Shown in pieces: positions 1 to 10,641 of a stretch of DNA of 64,000 nucleotides (position 1 is its first letter; the number at the start of each line of letters is the position of its first letter). The DNA is from Yuukianura sp. NJ FZ-2021 (Eukaryota): contig CM102287.1 in the NCBI GenBank assembly GCA_046563655.1, positions 7,068,001 through 7,132,000 of the forward strand, in the 5' to 3' direction. The position numbers were made by a program, and so were the translations under genes. The notes beneath the pieces were generated by a model, which worked only from the letters and a program-made list of their open reading frames with translations, did not search any database and was not told where the DNA came from.

Positions 1-153
1 CTTTCCTTCCTTCACTGAAACTTCACATGATGTAGTAGGGATCCAAACACTGGGAACAAGAGTTGTTTGGAAACGAATTACACTTTTGTGTAATCGTTTG
101 AGGCTGAAGATGGTTGTAGCACTGGTTACCATGGAATCACTGGTAGAGGCCAT
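1..153 (-). CDS. Possible 5' end of an unknown gene running off the window (MASTSDSMVTSATTIFSLKRLHKSVIRF...)
   Basis: ATG at 153 on the minus strand opens 51 codons to the window edge with no stop. An upstream ttgtttttcag acceptor-like site lies near 205. No recognisable motif. Confidence 0.25.
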   Translation of the reverse strand, partial: MASTSDSMVTSATTIFSLKRLHKSVIRFQTTLVPSVWIPTTSCEVSVKEGK

Positions 154-800
154 GATTCACTGATAGAGTCACTGATAACTTGAAAAGGTTAATTTTAGAT
201 GATCTGAAAAACAATGTTCAGGAACTTTCAACCTGAACTTTTACTGAATTGAAATAAACAAAAGGGATCTGACCAAATCTGAGAAGTTCAGATCAATCAG
301 GGCTTTTAACCCTTGGTTTAATGAATGAAAGTTAATTAGAACAATTAATTGTTAAAGAGAGGTGAGAGCGAGTACTTAGACCTGTACTTGAAGTGACAAC
401 GTGCTAAGATCGACTTAGAGCTAACAGAGCAAAAGAGAACAAAAGAACAAATCTAACTGCGTAGATGAGGGAGGGGCTAAGATGCCTGAAAATGAGGGAA
501 TTTTGAACCTAAATTTAAGCGGTAATTTTAAACTAGAAAACCGAGTGGAAGCGGCTTGGGCAATTCCACAAACACCCTCTTTGCAAATTTTTAATTATTT
601 AGGAAATTTTTTATTTCAAATTTACTACAAGGAAGTCAAGTTTCTCTAGGACATTAAATGGACATTGTTATTTGTTAAATGAGATCTAGGTTAATTACTG
701 CAATGAAGAAATTATTCTTTTGCTGCTTCCTAGCTTTCATCAGTTTAATACTCTCGTACTTTCGGAGCTTGCGGTTTTAAAGTAAAACGAGGAATCCAAA

Positions 801-3800
801 ATGAAACTTTTGCTAAGATATTTCATCTTCAAATTTTTGTTACTTCCTTCAACTTTTGAACAAACTTGTGGTAAAGGCAAAGGTACAACATGGAATGATG
901 TAAGTGTATATTTTTGAATTCCAAAAAACTATAAAACGTTTTCTAAATTTCAAATTTCTATAATCTTTTCACCATCCAAAATACAATTAATACATCTATA
1001 TGACTATTGCATTACATAAACACTCAGATATGTATAATAGTTGAGCTTTATTTAGAAACTAAGTTACTTTTTCAGTGGTTAACCCAATCTTTCATAATGT
1101 TTAGATACATGTTGCGCTACCCAAGCAACATCCACTGACGTCGGATACGTTTGCGAACTATCCAGCATTTCTGAAGAACTTACCGGATGCTTTCAGCAAC
1201 ATCCGAGGGACGACCATTGCCGATATCATCCAGAACACGGCAGTCGGTTCCGAACTTCCATATGATGATTCTAGTTTCTTCAGCGCCTATCCATGCGAAG
1301 ATGGATTTGAACTCAAAGGCTACGGAGACGATTTTGTCCTTTGCTCCAGAATGAGCACGGTTGTTGAAAACCACTTCGAATATGGCGACAAGAAGTGTGT
1401 CAGAAACTACTGTGATTTGAAAGCACTCAACGAAATTGACCAACCTGGAGAAGGTTCGGTTGACGAAGATGTTGTGAACAACAATGTTCGAGGATCAGAA
1501 GCCGATCCAGAAACTTTGTGCCCTGCAAATTACACCGCTCCTTTTGATTGCTACAATGACAAAATGTAACGAAACATTCACTTTAGCATTAACTTTGAAG
1601 TTTTAAACGGTTTGTTCAATTTGTTTCACTTTTTTACATTAGAATTTAAAGATGTTTGTCTTGGTTTTAGTATATGTAGCGCCACCATTTGTACCAAACA
1701 TGGAATTCATGGCTTTGGAGAGAACGGATACGCATGTGCAACTAGCAGCGAGGATAACATTTTGCAATGTCTGGATTGCTTACCTGAAAAATCATGTCAG
1801 AGTTACCAATATGCTTGTGGTGTGTTAAGGATTACTATGCCTGGTGGAGGAGATGAGACTCAAGGCTTAATATGCTGTTCAAATACAGTTCTGGTAACGC
1901 TTTCACATTATTTAAGTGCAATTCTTGCATTCTAAATTCATTTTTAAATTTTGATTTCAGGACGTCGTGCTGGTACCCGTCACAGACCCAACGCACAGAA
2001 AACCGACTTATGGAGCTGAACAAATTAATGATGCCATTGCAAAGTTTTTTGAAGATTCTGGACGGGATGTTTTCACTGGAACAGTTTTCGATGACACTGG
2101 CGATGGTTTTGTATACTCCGTCTGTCCGCCAGACTACTTTGTCCAGGGTTTCAATGGAGAAACACTTTTTTGTACCAAGGAAGCCCTGAAAATTAACGCT
2201 AGCTATCATATTGGTAATGGAAAACAATGTCTCCAGCAGCTATGCTTCCCCGAGGTCCCAGAAACGGAATGTGTAAATTCGACTTCCAATTCTCCAAAGT
2301 ACTTTGTTTGTTCAAATGGCTACGTCACGAAGAAAGTAGATCAACAGAGCGAAACAGTATGTCAGGGTAGAGGAATTCCTAATGAAGAAAGAAGTTTATC
2401 CAATCAGGGTCTTTCGTGTGACCCAGACAAAGCTTGTCCGGGCAAGTCTAAACCATGCGGTGTCATACAATACGAAACTCCAGACGCTCAAGTTCCTGGA
2501 TTGGTGTGTTGCAATGCTGCACCGGTAAAAATACTTGCATTTAATTTTTTTAATAATTCAATTCAAAAGTGGTGTGATATTTTAGGTTGCAGCAGACCTG
2601 TACGCTTACATAAATGATCACAAGCAAGAATTTCTGTACTACCACACTCGTATGGCGGTAAGTCATGTTCGTATCAGCTAACAAAGTATTTTTCTTCAAT
2701 TTTTTTTCCTGAAATTCAGAAAAGTTTTGTTGTAAACGTTGTACTGGCAAGTATACTTAATTCAAAAGAATAAGTGTCAAACCTAATTAAGTATTTCTTA
2801 TCAGATGGAACGAAAAACGCTGACTGTTGAAAATGAAACAAATGAAGTGTCAATGCTGTTTAATGAAAAAATTCAAGAGGACATGCACCCAGACGAAATT
2901 TTGCAACAATATTTCGAGCCCCTTTATCAAAAGAAGATGTGGCTGTTCCAGAACTATTCCGATGGTTATTATCCAGAAACACTCATCATGTGCCCAAATA
3001 ACACCTACGTTCGTGGGGTTCAAACTAATCCTGCTGCTGGTGACGCCTACCAAATCGTATGTAGTGAACTAGCTCCATACATGGAGAAATATGAACAGAA
3101 AATGCTGAACACGGATTACATTTGTCCAAAATTGGTAGTAAATCCTAAACAGCATATTGGAATCTGCGGAGCAAATACTATACAGTTGGGATACGAGTAT
3201 TGCACAGACGGACACTACTTTGCTTTGACGTATGGGCTTCAAGGAGAAAGGTGCCATGAAAATCCTTGTGGAGAAAACTCTGCCGTCTGTGGTATCACTA
3301 ACCACAAATATTCGCATGAAGTAGTCATAATCTGTTGCGAGGTAAGGCATTTCTCAAATGTTGACTAACTTAACTAGTTACACTAAAACTCTAACAAGTA
3401 AGATTAAAAAACGTAACGCAACTTTTCTTAGCCGCATGTCCCAGAGCCCATTAAGCTTCCGGACGCATTGGATGAAGAGGGTAACCTCAATCATGAAGCT
3501 ATCAAATTTGTCTTGAATCGATTCGCTAGAGAATTTCAAGTAAGTATTCAATTACAAACTTTTGAAATATAAAAATTTACATGAGAATTTGTAATCCGAA
3601 TTACATATTCACTGTAATTTATTTTAACTTTTTAGCGTGAGAATTGCGGAAGACGTGGAACAGTCGAAGAAGTTATTTCGTATCATCGGGAAAAAGATGT
3701 AAGCAACTACATTTCATTCTTTCATACTTATTCAATTTATTTTCGAGATACATTGGTTACATGTAATAAACCATTACATGATACATTTGAAAAAAAATTA

Positions 3801-4635
3801 CTAGTGTTTCCACATTTCACAATCGACAGAATAGATATTAACAATAGATATTACACTAATTTTCGAAGAATGCTTGACATACTTGAAATAGCAAATATAG
3901 GACAAATTAGCTACAAATTTTTCACGTTCAAGCATTGCATTACGTTCACACACTGCTTACGGTTGACGTATTCGTGATGCAGAAATTTAATGAAATTAAT
4001 GAAAAAGTATTTTCGTATTACATTTTTAGAACCTTCCAAGAACACTATTTGCTGCCACAATGGACGACTACAGGTCAGCGCCAGTCAATGAAGCAATCAC
4101 TAGTGGCTCAACGATTCCAGATGCACTAAAAGCAGCTTCTGGACAAAACGGTTACGAGTATTGGCTGATCGATGAAAATTACGACATGTACTACAACCGA
4201 CAAGAAGCACTCCGCACTGTTCTATGCCCAACAAACATGTTTGTCCGTGGACATGCTCCGCCTAACACAATTCTTTGCTCAGAGGAAGTACCAATTTTTG
4301 GGAAGCAATACACAACAATCTTAGGTTTAGAATCCACTTGCACCAGTAAGACTTATGGGGGATTAGAGGATAAATTTAGCTGTGTACTTGGGCAAGATGA
4401 GTGGTCAACCTACGGTGTTGTCTTTTGTACTCGCGGATTTTTTGGACGCAACTCACCAAGTTATGACACTCATCCTGAATGCAACGACGGCTTTCAATGC
4501 TCAAACAAGGTGAACGGATCCAAGGTTTGTGGAATGCTTGTAGGAGAGCCTCACATAACTCCATTCTTTTTGAAAATTATATGTTGTAATGAGATTGTGC
4601 CTACTCTTGTGTCAATTCCATCAGAGGACGCTTGA
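801..4635 (+). CDS. Secreted ~910-aa protein with four tandem Cys-rich modules, family not recognised
   Basis: Exons 801-899, 1105-1565, 1671-1893, 1961-2524, 2586-2657, 2805-3341, 3432-3539, 3636-3698, 4030-4635. All introns are GT-AG and join in frame (2733 nt). N-terminus is hydrophobic (MKLLLRYFIFKFLLLP...). Four repeats begin C-P/E-x4-V/L-x-G...C-S/T and end C-G-x13-17-I/V-C-C. No TM segment. Confidence 0.85.
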
Positions 4636-4764
4636 ACACCTTGTCTTGCGCAATCCCATATAACAGATATATTAAAAACACATTTACTTTAAATTTTTCA
4701 GAAAATTAAAAAAAAAAAGAATTAAAACCTGAAAACATTAACTTAAGTTCTGAATTTTAAGCAA

Positions 4765-6135
4765 CTAAATTTCATATGTAAACAAGCCATATGAAGTCCA
4801 GTAGGCAATATTGAACAAGAAAAAAATAGCTGGAAATCCAATTCTCGCAATTTTGTCTACCCGTTTTGCACGGTTTATTCTCATTTCATGTGAGTTTTTG
4901 GGCGTTTCAGCGTCTTCAACATCTTCATCACCGTCACTGCTGACATCAATGTGCGCAAGTGACCGAATCCGCTTCATGACCCCACCGACTGGTAAGGTCA
5001 ACCGGGTCATGTAATTGACCAATGCAAATTGCAATAGACCTCCAAATACCAAAAATTGACAAATGGCCGTCCAAACATCAAGGGCTTTAATGTACGACGC
5101 AGGCGGAACACTTCTGTTGATTCCATACGTTTGACTCACAATAGTCAGTATGGACGTTACTCCTAGGCTAACTCTAGCTTCAACTGCTGTTGGTTCGAGC
5201 CAAAACGACACCCAACTGACCAATACCAACATGGCACAAGGTATGTAAATTTGAATTAAAAAGAAACCAAAAGCCCGCTTCATTTTGACTTCTACGCCGA
5301 TACAACTGTAGGTCCCAGTAGATGTTTGGCTGCTACAGCCATGCGGAGTGTACGAAATGATACTAAATTGGGGCATTAGAAATACCCAACGTTGAACAGG
5401 GTTCCACGGCCGCCATCTAAGTACTACGTCCTTGGTAGTGTAACCATAGTTGGCCATTTTGAAGGGACAGATTTGGACATCCATGGGATAACTTCTAAGG
5501 TTCATAGGACAGGCCAGGAGAAGTGTAAATCGAAAACTTTGGAGAACAGTTCCATTGGGGTAGATCCGAGTAAAAATGTTTGGAGCAACCAGTTGATGCA
5601 GAATTCCATTCTTTTCGTTTTCGAAAAAGACGTCGGGCATCCAAATTCTGTTGTGATTGAGGACCTGCAAGTACGTGACGTGGTTTTCAATTTGGTCGTA
5701 GCGTAGGCGTGGATCTAACCAGCGTTGACGATAGACGACCTGCACGGTGTACTCCATTTTTGTGTCATCCACGTTTTCGATACCACGGAAATGGACGTCA
5801 ATGTCAATAAGAGCTGGGCCGGTTCCGTTGATACCTTTTGGACGAATCTGAAATTGACGATTCTTACTTTTATTGAAATAGGTCAAGTAAAGTTATTCAA
5901 TTCAAAACTGGATTTAAAAAAGATCAAGTTTTGGTTTTACTTTATTGTCATACGTAGATCCAAGAACTTCATCCAGAATTTGCGATTTCCAACTTTTTGC
6001 GTTGATGTCTTCGTCCGTGTATTCCTCCGTTATTGGTGTAGTCGGACTTAGCTGTAGTTGGCAACTGACGCAAAAATTGGAATGTTCAAACCAGAATGTG
6101 AATAGAGCCAACAATTTGCAAAGATTATGAATCAT
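4765..6135 (-). CDS. Divergent glutamate-gated chloride channel-like Cys-loop LGIC subunit A (~425 aa)
   Basis: Exons 6135-5941 and 5847-4765 (phase 0 intron). Signal peptide. Motifs IWMPDVFFENEK, Cys-loop CPMNLRSYPMDVQIC, loop C disulphide CSSQTSTGTYSC, M1 QIYIPCAMLVLVSWVSFW, M2 ARVSLGVT, M4 RVDKIARIGFP...FNIAYW. Confidence 0.93.
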
Positions 6136-6740
6136 TTTGCACAATTTTGCGAATCGTTCAATCACCTTGTACTAGAAAGACAACTGTGCTAACTTAACCC
6201 TTGCCTCTTTGTAAACTGTTTTACACTATTCGCTTTTTGCTTCTATTACTTCACGGTTTCTTTAGACTGAGTAGTTAATTGATGAAAGGAATGGAGTTAC
6301 AAATATGTTACTAACGAGGAATTTGCATGTGAAAAAGAAAACCACGCCCACATTTTAAATGTTTTTTTTTTCAAATTCCTTTCATTACTAAAAGTGGTAT
6401 TTAGTAAATGAAGAGTAACACAATTATGCACTATATTTTACATCCTGCGTGATCTGACCCTGATAATGATGAATTATTTTCAACTGTTACCTTCCTTCCT
6501 ATGCTTACCCCTTTTTTAAGCATTTCAAATTTAGGTAGTTTCCAAAAAAAAAAATCCATGCGGTATACCCATCCGTGTTACAATTATTTTCCCCATATCC
6601 GTAAAAAAAAACCAAGAATTAAAATAATCATTTTTTGTAGTCAACCAGAAAAGGACATTAACGATTTTCAACTTTTATTTCTTTCAAATTTTGTGAAACG
6701 TATGAATTTGTTTCGAATTTTGAATTGAGTCTCCTGCTCC

Positions 6741-7301
6741 TTAGAAAAGTAGTGAGAAAATAATCGAAAAGACAATAAACTTGAGTCCACGATTCATCGT
6801 CGTTCCACTTCCTGGGAGAGCGTGATTTTGCTGTCCGGTAGACACGAAATTGTCGTCATCTTTTTGAAACCGCGGTGTTGTTGGTACATCATCGTCTGCG
6901 CGACTTTTACAGTGATCCAAAGTACCGTCATCAAACTGATTTTCCCCGGCGTCAAACTCTTTACAATCACTTATGCCGAGTGCCGCGCAGCATTTGGAAT
7001 AAAATTCCCTAAACTTCTGTCGAAGCTCTGGAGTAAAAGTGTAAGTTTCCAGGGATTCATGCCAATCGATCAAACACTTATCGTTCGTGTTGAAAATTTC
7101 GCAGAAAAGTGTTCGCAGAGTCTTTTGGCTGCCGGCACGTGACTGCAGTTTGTTTGAAGATGACGCCTTTTGCATTCCCTTCTTCACAATTTCGTCCACT
7201 TTGACGTCTCCTGTCACACCATCAATCCAAATGCCGCCGATCAGAACCACCGTCACGATCGTCATCCAACGACGACTTGGAACTGTTCCTGACAAATCCA
7301 T
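6741..7301 (-). CDS. Small signal-peptide, 6-Cys, probably GPI-anchored surface protein (~186 aa), family member 1
   Basis: Single coding exon from ATG 7301, with a likely 5'UTR intron at about 7338-7430. Hydrophobic N-terminus (WMTIVTVVLIGGIWIDGVTG), Cys pattern C-C-CC-C-C, Thr/Asp linker, terminal hydrophobic tail (LKFIVFSIIFSLLF*) with no cytoplasmic residues. Confidence 0.75.
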   Translation of the reverse strand: MDLSGTVPSRRWMTIVTVVLIGGIWIDGVTGDVKVDEIVKKGMQKASSSNKLQSRAGSQKTLRTLFCEIFNTNDKCLIDWHESLETYTFTPELRQKFREFYSKCCAALGISDCKEFDAGENQFDDGTLDHCKSRADDDVPTTPRFQKDDDNFVSTGQQNHALPGSGTTMNRGLKFIVFSIIFSLLF

Positions 7302-7847
7302 TTCAAGCAAGCAAGTAAGCACTGAATCGAACCAACCTGTACATTTCATACAAAAATTACTTTCACGAAGGGTAAGTAATTCCGAGTTATCGGTAATTTG
7401 AACTAGTTCGAAGTAGCGTGTCACTCTTACCTGGCTGAAGTAAATTTGGTCTCACCGAAGTTCGTGGGAACTTAAATTTTCTGACCGACTGTTCAGTGTT
7501 CACTCGGTTGACGGACGGATTGCGAGTGCGTGGGTGGAGCAGCCAGCCAAGTTCATAACGTGAGTGAAGCAAACATTTGCTTTTGCAAAAAAAACCTTTT
7601 AAATTTGAATTAGGTTGTCATGGCAATTTTTCTAAATTTTTTAAATGAAAAAGTTTCGAAAACTAGAAAAAAAAACTGAATAATCGCCGAAATTCACTCT
7701 GTGAATTCTTTTACTGTTCTCAATCTGTCCTTAGAAGGTTCAAGATACAGTGGGGGACTTAAATATTCAAGTTTAATGCAAACCTAATTAATACAATAAC
7801 ACTGTAGTAAATTTAAGAATTGTTAAATGCGTCGTATATATTGGATT

Positions 7848-9223
7848 CTACTGAAGCATTCCATAAGATATCCAGTAGAAAATGTTAAAAGTGAAGAAAA
7901 TTCCTGGAAACAAAAGTCTGGATATTTTGTCAATTCTTTTCGCCTTTTCAATTCCAACTTTCAACTTTTCCAATTCCTCGTTCTCAAGGTCATGATGCAT
8001 ATCACGCCCAAACTCACGTTCTTTAAATTTTAGCGTTTGAAGTCTCTTTAACATTGGTGAGGTCAAATGAGATGTGTAATTTACGAGTGCAAATTGAATC
8101 AAACCTCCAAAAATCAAAATTTGGCAAATTGCTGTCCAAATGTCCAAAGCCTTGATATACGAAGCTTGTGGAACACTTTGATTAATTCCATACGTTTGGC
8201 TCACTATGGTCAAAATGGTCGTCACTCCTAGGCTCACCCTGGCTTCAACTGCTGTAGGTTCAAGCCAAAATCCAACCCAACTTACCAAAACAACCATTGC
8301 ACATGGAATGTAAAATTGAAGCAAAAAGAAACCAAATGCCCTCTCCAATTCAATTTGCAAAATGAGACAACTGAATTCCCCGACAGTGCTTGCCAAATTG
8401 CAAACATCGTTTTTGTAACTTATTATATGAAATTGCGGCATTCTAAAGGATTTGCGTTGTACTGGATTTTTAGCAGTCCAGTCCAGCGTAACATCTGAAG
8501 TAGAGTAGCCATAAGTACTGAGGATGAGTGGACACTTCTGGATATCCAGGGGATAAGCTGCAAGGTTCATTGGACAGGAAAGTAGCAAAGTGAATCGAAA
8601 ACTCTGCATGACGCGACCATCCGGAAAAATCCGAGTGAAAACGTTCGGAGTGACCAGCTTATGCATTTTCCCGGTTTTTTCGTTTTCAAAAAAGACGTCA
8701 GGCATCCAAATCCGTTCGGGATCGACGAGGTGGAGGAAACTAATGTTGGCTTGAATTTGGTCAAATTTGAGCCGTGGATCGAGCCAGTACTGCCGATAGG
8801 ATATTTGAGCAGTGTATTCCATTCGGACGTCATCAACGTTCTCGATACTACGTAAATAAATATCGACCGATACATGAACAGGTCCAGTACCGGTTTGACC
8901 TTCCGGTCGAATCTGCATGAAAAATTAGAAACAAGTATGGGAAGAAATATTAAAAAAAAAAAAGCTAAATTTAATTAGAGCTCATGTGTGGATGCATTGG
9001 TTTTAAAACAATTTAAACAAATATCGAAAATTACCTTCGTATTGTATCCTCTTCTAACCAAAATTTCATCCAAGATTTCCGACTTGCGATTACTAGCATT
9101 AATGTCTGTCAAATCTTCCACCCCTGCCATCCCTTCCTCCAAATGAGTTGAACCTGATGCCAGGTCATTCCAGGAAATTTTCAAAAGAACCTGAATTTTA
9201 AGCCACGTCCATATCCACTTCAT
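7848..9223 (-). CDS. Divergent GluCl-like Cys-loop LGIC subunit B (~417 aa)
   Basis: Exons 9223-9035 and 8912-7848, with the intron at the same position and phase as in subunit A. Cys-loop CPMNLAAYPLDIQKC, loop C CNLASTVGEFSC, and four TM helices clearly paralogous to 4765-6135. Confidence 0.93.
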
Positions 9224-10641
9224 TTTCTAGCGGATGTATTCACCTTTACTTTCAGTCTTCTTTTTTTCCAAACTTCTTCTCAATTCTTTAATTTCACAGT
9301 ACACGGCTTTCGTTTTTCCAGTAAATTGAATATGACGCTGTAATTCATGGGCTATTAAAGAACAAAACTTTTTAGACAAAGAAAAAGGATGACAATGATA
9401 AGATGACAAATGATTTAGGTAGAGACTCCAAACCACCAAGTTTACTTCTGCGGAGTCGTATTTTTAAAAAATGCTCATCTTTTTTCAAAATAGCTCCAGT
9501 AGCACTCCACCCTGAGTAATTAAAGCAACACATTTGCGTGTTAAAAAACAATTTTGAGGTAAAAAAAAACATTAGGCGAATGGCAATTTCAATTTCGCGG
9601 AAATATTTTACTCGCACAGCAGCGGCGGCCGGTAGCAAACAGAGTTTGGGCGTGGACACGCCATTGGTGCATCATTAAATGCAAAACGTACAAAACAATA
9701 CAGCATTCATAACAGGACCTAGCACAGCATGCTGCAGCAATTGTGTAACTTTATGTTGTTGTTGTTGTTTACGTCAGTTATGATCCAAGTTACTTCAATA
9801 ATTGAGGTAACAATTATTGTTGGTACTTATGCGCAAGTAGGATACAGTTATTTTATGCTAATTAAAAGCCGGAATCTTGAAGATCTTGAAACTTTCACTT
9901 TGTAAACTCCCATTATCTCATAACAAACGACTCAAGCATAAGATCTCATTCATTCTAAAAACGGAAGGCAAGATCCTCCTTGCGCCTCATGTATTTCCAT
10001 TGTTAAGAAATTGGAAAACCCCTTCACTTAGCACAGTTCCCTTCAGGATGTAGTTTGCAGGGCTCTCTGTACCAAGACAATGAATTGTTTTTAGCATTTG
10101 TTGACCCAGTGAGAATCCTATTGTTGTCACTCTATGATCTCATCCTGTTCGTTACAAATGAGCAAATCAGGGGAGTCCCATCCATAGGCCTTCAACCATT
10201 TCAAAATACAACTGAAGTCACACCACAACATTCCCATTGTTGTCGAACGTAAAACTGCAGTACAACTTCACATGCAAAAACTCAAAACTTTAAAGATGAA
10301 ATACTTAAAGTTGCATAAAAACTTAACGTGGGACAAAACGTCTACTACAGAACTTAAAGTATCTTTAGTGACACTGAGTCATCAGGCTCCCAGGACCAAA
10401 AGTTTCACTTTTTGCTATAAAAGTACTTATGAACTGCTTGCCGAGTACTTATTTCTCAGTTAGCATCTGAAAGAGTAACGTCGATAGTTTAAAGAAGTTT
10501 TGGATCTCGTGAGATTCATGAAAGAGAAAGTTTTAAGTTCTGTTGAGTCAAACGACTTTGACATTCAGTTTCATTAGTGATCCGTGCGATTCACTAACAA
10601 TTCAATCTTTAACAATAACTTAAAAATCTTACATTGTCATT

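Noticed and set aside
300..582. Possible LTR start (TGTGG preceded by a purine-rich tract on the minus strand)
   Set aside because: No second LTR, primer-binding site or gag/pol sequence is visible.
6900..7010. Insulin A-chain-like CC motif in the GPI-type proteins
   Set aside because: Spacing is not CC-x3-C-x8-C and there is no B-chain/C-peptide layout.
10416..10461. TATAAAA plus TCAGTT core promoter for the SPH gene
   Set aside because: Spacing is about 42 bp rather than about 30 bp, so it cannot be supported without TSS data.
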